Part shown: positions 9,181 to 21,100 of the stretch, one piece after another
Layout of the letters: every line of letters starts with the position of its first letter
Position numbering within the stretch: position 1 is the stretch's first letter
Origin: a virus
Lineage: Duplodnaviria > Caudoviricetes
Reading direction: 5' to 3' (one strand)
Virus record (IMG/VR): IMGVR_UViG_3300033994_001125
Coordinates: 1-38,836 of that record
DNA: 38,836 bases
The notes under the pieces: model-generated
Seen by the model: only the letters and a program-made list of their open reading frames with translations
Told to the model about the DNA's origin: nothing
Database searches by the model: none
Translations under genes and position numbers: made by a program

Positions 9181-12100
9181 TCAATCTTTTTTGACTAAAC
9201 TGGAATATTTCTTTATTCCTATTAGTTGATTTGGTGAACCAGTTAAAACATTTACTTCAACTATTGGTCCACCGTCAGGTGTTACAGATGGTATAGGTAT
9301 ATCATTTATACCTTCTAAATTTTTACCAATAAGTTTTGAACCTGCAAATCTATGATTTTGTATACCTAATGGTAAATTATCAGAGTTTATGTGTTCAGCA
9401 TCAGATAGGGATGACGAACTATAAATATTTGAATTGTAATTGGCTGCACTACTGTAAAAGAAGTTATATTTTTTATAGTAACCGTCACTTCTACTTGTTC
9501 CAACTTGATTGAAAACCGCAGTATATTTGGATTTATCATTTAATTGAATATCCCATCCTGGACCATATCCATTATCTACTGTTCCAGTAACTTTAACAAT
9601 ATTGTCTCTTCTATATGTAGTTGTTGGTGTTATAGGAATTGGTATTATCGAAACATTTGATGTTCCATCACTTAACGATGCCCTTGCTCTTATAGATACA
9701 GATGTCAATAGTGAAGTTGTATAGGAAAGTATACCTGTATTTATTGCACTAATTTTTGCAGATAAATTTGTTTTATATTCCTTGAAACTAGCAACCAAAT
9801 CTTTATTAAAAACATTTATCTTTGTTTTTGTTTGATTGTAATTACCGATTGTTTTGTAAACAATATTTCTTTCACCTTCAATATCTTGAATTTCAGCAAC
9901 TACATCATCTACAACTTCATATTCACCCGAAATATCTTCAATATTACTTCCAAAATTTTCGTCAAATCCAACTAATACAGTTCCTCGATTTGAACGATAT
10001 GATGCCTTTGGTTTTGGTAATTTTGATATGTCATTGGTATCAACAACTACTTCTTTTTCTGCAGAAAATTCTCTGTTTACTTTTACTTTTGATCTTTCTA
10101 AAATATTCGGTTCTACTACCAAACCAACTATTTCATTTGTTCTGAGTGGTAATGTTTGGCGTATTTGATCAAATATACCAAAATCATATTGTGCAATCAA
10201 ACGAATATAAGCAGTAAAATCATTTTTGTTAGGATATTTTTTCCAATATTCTCTAGCAAACCACTTTAATCTTGGGTATTCATCAGAATTAACAGATGAA
10301 TATTCACCGAAGAAATCATCAATAGCAACATTACCTATCGACTCATAAATATCTTCGTTAATAATATGTTGTGGAGAAAAAGCAACCATCAATTTATTTG
10401 AATCAATAGAGTATCTATCAAATGATGTTACAGCAAATGATTCATCAACTTTTAATCCAGAAATCAATGATGCAGAATCTATCCTAACCTTTTCACTAAA
10501 TGGTGTATTATTTGCAACAGTTGCAATTTCCATATTGTATGTTTCTACAATAGACTCAAATGCACCAGAATTAAAATTGGAAAAATAAGCATTTTTTGAA
10601 GAACTATAAAATGTCTTTTTATTTTGGTCTGGATGAGAACTTGCTAAACTTGTTGTAACTGCAATATCAAACGGTTGCCAAAACTTCCATTGTGTCTGTA
10701 AATCATAGAAAGATGATGTTGATGTATTACCGTTATATGCACGAGCGGCAAGAACATGATTATCAAATGATGATGTATTTAATATTCTTGACCAATATCT
10801 CATTTCATATATTGAACCAGACAAAATTTTATTTGTCTGTGGATTTGATCCCGAACCTATGTATAGAATACCATCAGATGACCAAGAACGATTGTAACTA
10901 CCACTTAAACTTCCAGTAACAACAATACTTGCAGATTTTTCTATTGCAAGTTTACCATATTTTGCAGTCTTTACAATCAAATCATATATTTGATTAGATG
11001 CAGTATCATCAGTAGAATACCTTCTACCGAAATAAAGATTCAATGGAATATCATCATAAAAATATTCATCTGTTATAGAAGCTGTAGCATAAGTTGTACC
11101 ATTACCCAAATATAAAGTCAATGTTCCCTTTTCTACATCAGTTCCATTTTTATTCATGGTTACATACCAATCAAGTCTACTGCCTGACATTTTCTGTAAC
11201 AATGTTTGTTCCGGATCCTTAGAATAATCATACAATTTATTTGGTTCCATCTTCCAACGGAAAGTCATTGTATCTGGATATTGCCAACTACCTTGTTCAT
11301 TATTTACTCGTTCCCAAGGAACACTTACATAATGTTGTCTTGTTGGTAGTGGATAACTTCCAGAAAAATTCAAATAATATGTATGTTTTTCCCATTCTGT
11401 TCTTGGAACTACGCCCAAATCTGCATTATCTGGTCCACCATATTCTCTTATTGAAAGAATAGTTTGTGGTATACCATATGCAGATAACAACGCCTTTATT
11501 CCTCTTGCAGTTCCTTTTGATTTGTAAATATAAGGAAGATTGTTTAATATTCTTCTCCAAACTTCTTTTGTTCTTTCTTCTTCTGATTTAGCAAGATATT
11601 TACCAACCGTATTTTTTCCAGTCCAAATTGGTGAACCGCTGCCACTCACACCAAGAGCATATTCCCAAAGGTCTTTTGCTTGTGTTCCATGTGATAAAGT
11701 CCAACCTAAATTTTTTGTTGTTTCAAATATTAAATCTTGTGAAAGCCCGTCTTTTGGGTGTTCTTCTCTTAAATTCTTTTTTAAAATATGATCGGTATAA
11801 AGATATAAAATATCAAAATGTTGTCCAACCATATTAACAAATGTTGTGAATTGTTCGTTATCACCAGAATCTCTTAGATGTTCTGGAATTGCATAACTTA
11901 ATCCACTATGATTGTGCATATCATAGTCTGTTGCAAGATCCATTAAGTTTGAATACCAATCTAATGCATCACTTGAAGAAACAGAATATAGTTTATATGC
12001 ACCTTCTTTTGTTGATATACTATAATTGGAAGATGTTACTTCGTATTTTGGATATGGAGTTATTGATGCAGTCGCCTGTGAAGTATAGTAATTACTTCCA

Positions 12101-13215
12101 GTTGTTTCATAATACAACCATTTTTCAAAATCATCAAAACCACCAATTACTTTATCACGCAAATTTGTTACATTTATTTTATTAGTTGATACTGAACCGG
12201 TGTATGAATTTAATAAATCAAGTTCACCATTATAGTGTTCAATCAATTCAACTTTGTAAAAGAAATTTGCCAATCTTTCTTCTGCGGAAGAATATACAAT
12301 AAAGTTTTGAAATTCTCTAAAATCAACATTTAGTTTAACGGAACTTCCACTATTAGTAATATATCGGTTTAATATTTCTTGTGATGTTTGAAGATTTGAT
12401 GATAATATATCATTCCAAGATTTATACTGAGTTTCAGTTGTAACCCAATAATCATAATCAACTTCAAAATTTGGTCCTTTTACAAATGGTATTTTCTTTA
12501 CTTCATCTTCTCTTAATATTAAAACATTGTCAATCCAAGGTTTCAATATTTGACTACCAACCCAACATTCATAATATAAGTCTAAATCTGCTGGCAGTTC
12601 TTCATACAACTTAACATAAAAATGTGTAGAGTTACCATCTGAAGCAACATTTACAACATCTACAATTTTGTTTTCACCAAAGTTTAATACAATAGGTGGT
12701 TGATGAACCATTGAAGAAAAATATGCCAATACAAATTGTCTTAAATCCTGTAAGGATTGTTCATTCTCTGGATTCTTTAATGATAATCTTAATTCTTTTC
12801 TATCCGCAGAAATATCAGATATGAACATTCTATTTGGATTGGATGCACCACCTATAATGTCTCTAAAAAAGTTGTAAACAACTTTATATGATCCAGGTGG
12901 TAAATTTAAGTCTTGTTGTAAATGTTTATGAACATCAACTAAAACATAACTTCTTTCTACTTGAGCACCTTCCACTATTTCATTTCTTTTTTCTATTTGA
13001 AATGGAATATCGTATAAAGTTGCACCATCGATATATGCAGTATTTGGTAAGAATGCATGAAGCTCTAATCGTGTTGGATTACCAATATCATCTGCTGGAT
13101 ATAGTGCAGGAATAACCAATCGTCTGTTTATATCTGGAACATAAAATCTTGTTCCTCGTATTGGATCTTTTGCCGATAGAATTTCTTCTAAATTTTTATA
13201 TTCAAAATTTGCCAT
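9181..13215 (-). CDS. Baseplate wedge protein (P2 gpI / T4 gp7-like motif) with LamG-like insertion (1344 aa)
   Basis: RILNNLPYIYKSKGTARGIKALLSAYG matches the gpI-type KGT motif; SGSIYEMRYWSRIL is a LamG-like end motif; lies downstream of gp25/gp6-like genes. Confidence 0.65.
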   Translation of the reverse strand: MANFEYKNLEEILSAKDPIRGTRFYVPDINRRLVIPALYPADDIGNPTRLELHAFLPNTAYIDGATLYDIPFQIEKRNEIVEGAQVERSYVLVDVHKHLQQDLNLPPGSYKVVYNFFRDIIGGASNPNRMFISDISADRKELRLSLKNPENEQSLQDLRQFVLAYFSSMVHQPPIVLNFGENKIVDVVNVASDGNSTHFYVKLYEELPADLDLYYECWVGSQILKPWIDNVLILREDEVKKIPFVKGPNFEVDYDYWVTTETQYKSWNDILSSNLQTSQEILNRYITNSGSSVKLNVDFREFQNFIVYSSAEERLANFFYKVELIEHYNGELDLLNSYTGSVSTNKINVTNLRDKVIGGFDDFEKWLYYETTGSNYYTSQATASITPYPKYEVTSSNYSISTKEGAYKLYSVSSSDALDWYSNLMDLATDYDMHNHSGLSYAIPEHLRDSGDNEQFTTFVNMVGQHFDILYLYTDHILKKNLREEHPKDGLSQDLIFETTKNLGWTLSHGTQAKDLWEYALGVSGSGSPIWTGKNTVGKYLAKSEEERTKEVWRRILNNLPYIYKSKGTARGIKALLSAYGIPQTILSIREYGGPDNADLGVVPRTEWEKHTYYLNFSGSYPLPTRQHYVSVPWERVNNEQGSWQYPDTMTFRWKMEPNKLYDYSKDPEQTLLQKMSGSRLDWYVTMNKNGTDVEKGTLTLYLGNGTTYATASITDEYFYDDIPLNLYFGRRYSTDDTASNQIYDLIVKTAKYGKLAIEKSASIVVTGSLSGSYNRSWSSDGILYIGSGSNPQTNKILSGSIYEMRYWSRILNTSSFDNHVLAARAYNGNTSTSSFYDLQTQWKFWQPFDIAVTTSLASSHPDQNKKTFYSSSKNAYFSNFNSGAFESIVETYNMEIATVANNTPFSEKVRIDSASLISGLKVDESFAVTSFDRYSIDSNKLMVAFSPQHIINEDIYESIGNVAIDDFFGEYSSVNSDEYPRLKWFAREYWKKYPNKNDFTAYIRLIAQYDFGIFDQIRQTLPLRTNEIVGLVVEPNILERSKVKVNREFSAEKEVVVDTNDISKLPKPKASYRSNRGTVLVGFDENFGSNIEDISGEYEVVDDVVAEIQDIEGERNIVYKTIGNYNQTKTKINVFNKDLVASFKEYKTNLSAKISAINTGILSYTTSLLTSVSIRARASLSDGTSNVSIIPIPITPTTTYRRDNIVKVTGTVDNGYGPGWDIQLNDKSKYTAVFNQVGTSRSDGYYKKYNFFYSSAANYNSNIYSSSSLSDAEHINSDNLPLGIQNHRFAGSKLIGKNLEGINDIPIPSVTPDGGPIVEVNVLTGSPNQLIGIKKYSSLVKKD

Positions 13216-13235
13216 TAAAAACCCTAACCAGATTA

Positions 13236-14141
13236 TTATATTGGGAATATCTTATCAATAGCCTGTTTAGAACTATCGGTATCTTTTACATTTCTAACTC
13301 TTGTATTTGCTTCGTTAATCTTAACGGCACTTATATTCGCCTGTTGTCTTGCATCACCTGCAACAGTTGTTGCTTGCTGTATTTCACCATCTTGTCTTTG
13401 ATTATCAACATTTATATTATTTACAGCAGAAGAAAGCTGTGTTGTCTGTGCCTGTAAATTATTTATTTGTGTATCTTGTTTTCTATTTTGTGAACTTATA
13501 TTATCAACAAGTGCTGTTTTAAGATCAGTTGCCGCTTTAGCAGATTCTTTTCTTTGTCTTTCAACTTCAATTTCCATTTTAAATAATTTTTCATCATTCT
13601 GTTTTTGCATAGCAATAGTTGCATCCCTTTGTGAATCAGCTCGTGAGGATGCCTGTGCTCTTTCCGATGAAACAGCTGATATTACTGTATCAAACTTAGA
13701 TATAGTTTGTAATTGATCATCTATTATAGAATCTTTTCTACTAATTTCATCTTTGAGAGTTTCTATTTTTGCCTGCATTGCAATAGTTGAATTTGAATCT
13801 TCATTTACTAAATTACCCAAATCTTTCAAAAATTGTTGTTTAGCAAGTTCTTTTTTCTGGTCAGGTGTTAATGAATCTAACCCAACCGAACTACCTACCA
13901 TAGCAGATAATCCACCTGGTGTTAATGCCTGTCTTTCTATTTCTTTTATTTTTCTGAATAAATTTGATTCGGATGAAATTGCATCTGGAAGTGACTTAAA
14001 TCTATTATCAACTATGTAAGTAAATTCACCTCTTAGGTATCTACCGTCAATTACAGGAACTTCAATAAATCCTTCATTTTTATTTATACTATCTTCCGTA
14101 TAAGATATTATTTGATGTGTCATTTCATCTCTTTTAATCAT
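13236..14141 (-). CDS. Coiled-coil hypothetical protein (301 aa)
   Basis: Long heptad-rich Q/K/E/A helical region; tightly packed in the operon. Confidence 0.65.
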   Translation of the reverse strand: MIKRDEMTHQIISYTEDSINKNEGFIEVPVIDGRYLRGEFTYIVDNRFKSLPDAISSESNLFRKIKEIERQALTPGGLSAMVGSSVGLDSLTPDQKKELAKQQFLKDLGNLVNEDSNSTIAMQAKIETLKDEISRKDSIIDDQLQTISKFDTVISAVSSERAQASSRADSQRDATIAMQKQNDEKLFKMEIEVERQRKESAKAATDLKTALVDNISSQNRKQDTQINNLQAQTTQLSSAVNNINVDNQRQDGEIQQATTVAGDARQQANISAVKINEANTRVRNVKDTDSSKQAIDKIFPI

Positions 14142-14143
14142 AA

Positions 14144-15313
14144 TTATCTCGTAACCTTAAAGTAGTAATTATTATCAAATATCTGAACAGTATCTCCACC
14201 ATCTGTTTCCACTTTCAATGCAATTCTGTAAAATCTTTCTGGTTGAAAAGAGTTCATCCAAACATTAAAATAACTACCTGTTCCATCACAACTAATTTTT
14301 GTACCGACTGTATCAAATGGTATTATCACTTCGTCTGTATGTGCATCTAAAATTTGATAATATGACGAAGATGGTAAATAATAATTTATAGTTTGATACG
14401 ATTGTGTTGTATAGTTTTTCTGTGGATATTTTTTGTTAGCGTAAATTCTTATTCTTGCCTTTTCATCTTGTGAATAGAATTTTTTTAATTTAAGGTTTAT
14501 GTTTAAATTATCAACAGATATTTGTGATAAACTTCCTGTTACAAAAGTAGAATCATCCCATATTACATGAATTCTTGGAACATAAATTGTATTACTATCT
14601 GTTCCAAAAAATCGTAGACTGTTTAATGTTTGAGTTGAACCCTCAATTTCATCACCAAACTTTAATATAAGACCATCGTTCTCAAATCTTCCAGATCCAG
14701 TTACCCATTTTTTAGCAATTTGAGTAATATCCATGTACAAATCGGAAGATTCAAATGAAAATGATTGTGTACATTCAAGATTATCATAATCCCACCAAGT
14801 TCCACCACCTTCTTTTGACCAATATGATGATGTTACATTTGCCGAAAGATTTACGCCAAATAGAATATTTGCATCAACCCATGTTTGTGATAGGGTGTCC
14901 CATTCATAATTTGAAATAGTAGGTGGTATATCCCATTCAGTTCCAACACTTTTTGCTGTTCTATATCTCCAAGATACACCGTCTGTTGTAACTGGTGTAT
15001 TGAAAAATCTACCGGTTCCGTTTGTCCATGAAGAACTTAATGGATAAGCATAAACAGTATATTCTTGTGGAATTTCAGCAACATATGCGGATTTCATTGA
15101 TAGATAGTATTTAGCATTTTGTGAAATTTTATTAGCATTGATTCTTTCTTGAACTTCTGTAAAATCAAATTTCATCAATATTCTACTATTATACTTTGAA
15201 GAACTACCAACTAATTCGTGAGATAGTTCTAACAAAGAATCCAATCCGGTATTTTTAGTTTCAGTTCTTTCGTATATTGTTGCATCTTTCTGTGCATAAA
15301 GAGCGTAAATCAT
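14144..15313 (-). CDS. DNRLRE/CBM96-like domain virion protein (389 aa)
   Basis: AQKDATIYE..KNTG..LLEL...SRILMKFD...YPLSSSWTNGTG...DITQIAKKW...NDGLILK pattern. Confidence 0.55.
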   Translation of the reverse strand: MIYALYAQKDATIYERTETKNTGLDSLLELSHELVGSSSKYNSRILMKFDFTEVQERINANKISQNAKYYLSMKSAYVAEIPQEYTVYAYPLSSSWTNGTGRFFNTPVTTDGVSWRYRTAKSVGTEWDIPPTISNYEWDTLSQTWVDANILFGVNLSANVTSSYWSKEGGGTWWDYDNLECTQSFSFESSDLYMDITQIAKKWVTGSGRFENDGLILKFGDEIEGSTQTLNSLRFFGTDSNTIYVPRIHVIWDDSTFVTGSLSQISVDNLNINLKLKKFYSQDEKARIRIYANKKYPQKNYTTQSYQTINYYLPSSSYYQILDAHTDEVIIPFDTVGTKISCDGTGSYFNVWMNSFQPERFYRIALKVETDGGDTVQIFDNNYYFKVTR

Positions 15314-17199
15314 CCAAATGCCCTCACTCTACCAATAATATCGTTATCGGGATATTTTATTTCAAAAATAGAAGGATCAAGTGATGGAAAAATTATACCA
15401 TCTTTTGTTGCTTCTTGTATATTATATGCATGTTTTGAATATCCAAGTGTTTGATCATATAGTGAATTTATTTTAACATCAACTACTGTTTGAACACCTT
15501 CAACTTTATCTAATTCTGTGAATACATTACTCAATACTATTGGTTGATTTATTTGCCATTTTTTTATGTCAAAATATTGTTTTAGTTTATCGATACATCT
15601 TAGAATTACTTGATTTCCATTTTGATCAGGAAATGTTATTATATCAAATTCCAAACCAATATTTAAAATGTAAGCATCTCTAATGTTTATAGCATCCGTT
15701 AATATTCTATGATAATTTAGGTATGTTTTCAAATTTTCTTTTGTTGCATCATTTACCGTTGTTAGTTTTTGATTACCGTCATATCCTAGTACATAAAAAT
15801 TTAATGCCAAATCATTTTGTATTCTGTCACTATTGAATATGGATTCAGTAGTTAATTGCGTATCTTTTGTTATGTATGCCTTAGCAATAGAACCATACTT
15901 TGATGGAAGACTATATGCACGAATTATGTAATCTTCTTTTGTTACTGCACGATTCTGTGAAGCAAAATATGCAAGTGCATTTTGACGAATTTCATTTATA
16001 TCTTCACCAGTTTTGCCGCCACTTGATGGATTTGGATTAGTTACTGCAAGACTTGATATTGCCTGTTGATACAATATAGAATCTAAACCAGTTTCATCTA
16101 GTAATATTGTTCTTGATTGTATTTTTGTTAAAACATCACTTGTGACATTATCTTGAACACCACTACCGATAGTATAATACATTTTTAATGTTGTATTATT
16201 TGGTGCAAGACCGTAAGTTTTTGTATACAAGAAATTTGATGGATCAATATCGACTGATGTTGATGTTTCAATTCCAGAAAGTGAATTACCAACTAAATCT
16301 GGATTTGGTATTAACAGTTCATCGTCTAAATCAGAAACACCTGCACCAAATTGTATTTCAAATTTTTGATCATTTATTTGTCTTGAAACAAATCTTCTTG
16401 AAACTTTTCTCAATTTCAATAGATAGGGTGTTTCTTCTCTATATTTACTTAAAAATTTATCATTTCTCGATATGTTTATTGTTGGCTCAAATATAGTATC
16501 TTGTGCCAAAAACGGAACATGATACCACTTGTTACCATCCGAATCTATTGCATACAAAATATCTATCAAATTTGCTTCATCTAAAACAACTTTATCATAA
16601 GGTTTTGGATCATTAAATTCATAATCAACAGTTTTAATAACACCAGAAACTGCATTTACTGATTTTTTCAATAACCAAAATAAAACTTCACCATTAACAT
16701 CAACTTCAAAAGGTGTTACTTCTGTTGGATCTATTAAACTACTAAACTTAAAATCAACATAGTCTGTTGTTCTAAATTCAACTGCATTTCCATTATTTGC
16801 ACCAACAACCATTCCAGGTTCTATTGAAAATGCATAAGAATAATCCGGAACTATTTGACCATCAACCGTTTTTGCAGGAACTATTTGAAAAATATCCAAT
16901 TTTACATTAGATGCAATCTTATTTTTTGGTTTATATCCAAGTGATTGTGCAAGATTTAATATGTTTGTTTTTTCAGAAGAATGTAATATCAAAGACTCTT
17001 GTAATGTAACATCCGTATAATAAGAAAGAACATCGCCAACATATGCTGCCATCTCTAAAAACATCATACCAGGAGATGTTTCATTAAAGTCTTGATATGT
17101 ATTTGGAAAATAATTTTTTGTAAAATCAATAAGATTTTGCTTTAATGATGCAAAATCTCTTGATAAGTAACGAATATCCTTTTTTATTAAATCAGCCAT
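15310..17199 (-). CDS. Baseplate wedge subunit, T4 gp6 / baseplate J-like (629 aa)
   Basis: YLSRDFASLKQNL, SPGMMFLEMAAYVGDVLSYY, LAQSLGYKP, GG..GEDINEIRQNA, QNRAVTKEDY. Confidence 0.9.
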   Translation of the reverse strand: MADLIKKDIRYLSRDFASLKQNLIDFTKNYFPNTYQDFNETSPGMMFLEMAAYVGDVLSYYTDVTLQESLILHSSEKTNILNLAQSLGYKPKNKIASNVKLDIFQIVPAKTVDGQIVPDYSYAFSIEPGMVVGANNGNAVEFRTTDYVDFKFSSLIDPTEVTPFEVDVNGEVLFWLLKKSVNAVSGVIKTVDYEFNDPKPYDKVVLDEANLIDILYAIDSDGNKWYHVPFLAQDTIFEPTINISRNDKFLSKYREETPYLLKLRKVSRRFVSRQINDQKFEIQFGAGVSDLDDELLIPNPDLVGNSLSGIETSTSVDIDPSNFLYTKTYGLAPNNTTLKMYYTIGSGVQDNVTSDVLTKIQSRTILLDETGLDSILYQQAISSLAVTNPNPSSGGKTGEDINEIRQNALAYFASQNRAVTKEDYIIRAYSLPSKYGSIAKAYITKDTQLTTESIFNSDRIQNDLALNFYVLGYDGNQKLTTVNDATKENLKTYLNYHRILTDAINIRDAYILNIGLEFDIITFPDQNGNQVILRCIDKLKQYFDIKKWQINQPIVLSNVFTELDKVEGVQTVVDVKINSLYDQTLGYSKHAYNIQEATKDGIIFPSLDPSIFEIKYPDNDIIGRVRAFG

Positions 17200-17695
17200 T
17201 ATACAACGCCTCTTCTATTTGTAAATTTCCGGTAGTAGATATAAATATCTGTATTGGCAAATATATGTTTGTACCAGATATTTTTACAGATAATGATATT
17301 CCTATAGCATGGTCAGGTTCGTCTACCCTACCATCCTCACTTAGATTTAATTTAACCTCTAAGTTTTCTATTAAAATATAAGGCATCCATGTACTTATTG
17401 CATCCCGTATTGTACCGTCTATTCTATCCAAAAAATCTTCCTCAGTTGTTATATTTTCAAACAGAATAAATTTTAATTCTGTTCCAAAATCAGGAAGCAT
17501 ATATCGTTCACCTTTTGCAGTCATTAACAAATTTTTTAAATTTGAAAACACTTGTATTCTATTTGTATAACTTTGAAAAAATATTCCAGATGGATTATTA
17601 AATGGTATAGTTACACCAATAGGTTTTGCATTTTTTATATTTGCATCACCTTCATTTAATAATACAGTTCTTTTTCTTCTAAATGTTGCTGCCAA
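17192..17695 (-). CDS. Baseplate wedge / sheath initiator, gp25 (GPW_gp25) family
   Basis: NLKNLLMTAKGERYMLPDFGT..LFE...I..AI..WMP; immediately upstream of the gp6-like gene. Confidence 0.9.
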   Translation of the reverse strand: MAATFRRKRTVLLNEGDANIKNAKPIGVTIPFNNPSGIFFQSYTNRIQVFSNLKNLLMTAKGERYMLPDFGTELKFILFENITTEEDFLDRIDGTIRDAISTWMPYILIENLEVKLNLSEDGRVDEPDHAIGISLSVKISGTNIYLPIQIFISTTGNLQIEEALYNG

Positions 17696-17697
17696 AG

Positions 17698-18129
17698 TTA
17701 TCTCCCTTTCTTTTCATCAATTTTTTTCATAAGAGCAGAATAGTCTTTTGTTAATGCAGACATTACTTCTGTTGGAATTTCCGATTGTGAATAACCTTGT
17801 GGTATCGGTGTATTTCCTCTTTGATAACCAAATCCTTCAGCCATATCAGCAGTAAAACTAAATTCTTGTTCCATGTCTGAACTTTCTTGTAGTGTTCTGC
17901 GGGTTTCTTCAAGAATATCATTTATAGAGTTAAAATTTGAATTTAATGGTTTCTTTTTGGGTGTAGTATTTTCTGAAACTTTTTTATTTGTTTCTTTGTA
18001 TAATGACATACCATGTGATATTGTATCAACATCACTTTTTTTACCATTCTTTATTTTCTTGTCCAATGCATACTCTATTTCTTCTCGTATTATTGAACGA
18101 ATTTGTGAAAAAAACTTTTTGCTATCCAT
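17698..18129 (-). CDS. Hypothetical protein (143 aa)
   Basis: Co-oriented ORF abutting gp25; IRSIIREE N-terminus and ALTKDYSALMKKI C-terminus. Confidence 0.75.
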   Translation of the reverse strand: MDSKKFFSQIRSIIREEIEYALDKKIKNGKKSDVDTISHGMSLYKETNKKVSENTTPKKKPLNSNFNSINDILEETRRTLQESSDMEQEFSFTADMAEGFGYQRGNTPIPQGYSQSEIPTEVMSALTKDYSALMKKIDEKKGR

Positions 18130-18197
18130 TGTTTAATTACCTATAATTGTTTCTAATAATTATCAAAATGAAAAAATATCGTTAAATTATACAAAAC

Positions 18198-21100
18198 TCA
18201 TATGTTACAATTTTTTGAATTAGTCTTATCTGTTCCAGTTCCTACACTTTTATCTGATGAACCATATTTACCATTCCAATTTTGGTTTGTTTTTGGTCTT
18301 CTACAACCACTACGAAACTGACTAAATCCTTGTGTCCATGCAAGATAATTTGCCTCTGGACCTAAACCATATTCATAAATTTCAACTATATCTTTTGGAT
18401 TTTGAAGAGTTGTATAATCTTTATTATATTTTGTTTTTAGAGAATTTCTATATGGTGCAAAAAATCTTTTAGTATCTGCACCTTTCACTTCCAAGTGATG
18501 TACTTCACTTGAATCTGTAGCAATCACTTTACCTTTTGCATCTTTAATGCCAGTCAAATCAATACCCCAAGGTTGAGTTGCAAGAGCAGCAGTTTGATTG
18601 CCCCAGCTCCCACCCCATCCTAACCCTTTACTACTTGCAAAAGAGTTCATTATTTTCATAAAGGTTGAACTTTTCAGAAGATTAGGATTTTCACCTGTTC
18701 CGGCTCCAGTTGCTGCTTTTGGAAACAATTTGCTTATTTTAAATCGATAATCATTTGCCAAACCTGCACTATGTTTTGATCCACAAGCTCTTGTTGGACC
18801 CATCGTGTATGTACCTCTCCAAGCAGTTGTCATTCCTCCTCCGGATATTATTTCTGCTCCAGAAAGTTCAGCTTGACCAGATCCTCTCATAAAATCTTTT
18901 AATTGATCTCCGACTGGATCCCATATTCCAGCTTCAGCTCCGGTATCAGGAAATGAACCACCTATTGTATAAATACCTTGTCCGGTAAATACAGATGTTG
19001 CAGCACCACCAATATCGTTACTTGTGCATGGCTGACATTTTTTATAGGCATTACCACCTCTTAATGTAAATGGTAAATTACCATCAGCAGCATCTTTTGA
19101 TTGATTACCAGTTACTACTGGATCTGGTTGTGGTGGTGGATCTGGTTCTACTGCCAAAATGTCTTTTACTATATCATACAGAATAGAATTTAATTGTTCA
19201 TTTGTTTTTCCTATTCTCTCCTTATACGAGGTCAATATTTCAGATTCGTAAAGTTTTGACTCTAAATTTTCACCTTCTCTAAAATCACTTTTTGGTAATT
19301 TTTTCATATTTGTAATAAATATTGCACCATTTACCCAACTATCACCATTTATTTTTGCAATATCATATAGTGATTGTTTTTTAACAGATATTGTTGCATT
19401 TTGTGCCATAGATGGATCCGGTTTATTTGAATTTATTTGTCCACCTATTGTTATTAAATTACCAGACGAATCCATATATGGTAAAACATCAACTCTAAAA
19501 ATATTATCAGTCATATTATGGTAACTAACAGTTGATATTGTTGCCATTTTCCATTTTAATTTATTTAATATATGTGAAACTAATTTTTTACCAGCTTCTG
19601 TTAGTGAACCGTTTTTATTTATATGATAATCTACTACAAAAATTGCACAATCGGCTTTATCTTTTAACAGTTCTTCTTCATTTAAGTGATTAAACCATAA
19701 TTTACTTGGTTTTATTACAGAATTTTGTGATAATTCTGCTAACATTTCATCCGGTTTCCATTGTTTATTTCCTGGATAATTTGCCAATTTTCCAGCTTTT
19801 ATTAAATTTTCATGGTATTTGTTTACATTTTCAATATCAGGATGTGTATTGAATCCATTTATATCAAGACAATGTTTTGTAAAATATCCATCCCATCTCG
19901 ACCAAGCACCCCAATTTGCATCAGGTTTATTTTCAATGTTTGTATTCTTTGCAATTCCTATACCAACACCCTTTCCTCTATTGTGTATAATTTGTGATGA
20001 AGGAATTGTCATGTGAAGTTCATTTCCTTGTTCAAACAAATATCCAATTTTACTATTAAATAAACCTACATCTGGAGAATTTAGTATTATTGGTATATCA
20101 AATACCGATGTTATTTTTTTGTAAGCACTGCTTAAATTTTTCCACTCTCCAGAAACAGTTGGTTTTGGTTTAAAAAGTTGTTTAGATGTATCAGGAATTC
20201 CATCATTTTCTGGTGGTGGCCAATATGGTATTAACGATGTAACCAATGGAGTGCCATCTGGAGCAGATAATAAAGATTCATTCTCTGGTAAACCATAGCC
20301 AGGAGAATCTGAAGATCTCCATGCCCAATATCTTTTGTACCAAGGTTTTTTTGGATCCAACATTTCTTGTAATGTTGCTGGTTTAGTATTATTTTCTATC
20401 GGATATTGATAGAATCTGTGATTTAATTTTCCACTATAAACAGGTTCAACATTTTTATTTGGTGCCTTTGGATCAGCCTCCTTCTGCTGTCCATCTGATG
20501 TTTCTCTTTGTTCTGTTACATTTTCTGCTCCACCTTGTGGACCCTCATTGGCCTTTTTCTTTGCATCCAATTTAGTTAAATCGTCACAAATTGGTTGAGT
20601 CTTAACAGGTTCAGTAACAATAACTTCTGCCTTTGTTCCCTGTTCAACTGACACAAGTTTTTTTATTCCTTGTGATACATCTTCAATTTGTTGATAATGA
20701 TTGTCTACTTGTGTATTCACATTACTTGCAGGTAATGAATCAATAATCTTTTTTTTCCAATCTGTTCTTGCAGCACCTTCTTTATTTCCTGTTCCAACAC
20801 ACCAATAATATACTTTATCTTTTCCTGCCTTTTCAATAGTTTTCAAATAGCTATTAAATTTCTTTTCATCAACACCAAAATCACCCAATGGTGGTCCAGA
20901 AATATGTATTTGATCCCATTTATCTGCTGTTTTTACTGTTAAAACTCCACTATGTCCACCGGCAACTCCTGCAGAATATATTACTAAAATATATTTTGAT
21001 GGTTTTATTTTTTGTTCATTCAATATCTTTTCACATTCAGACCAACCACTTTTACTGGTTTGTGAAGTCATACAATTATAGATATTAAAATCTTGTAAGT

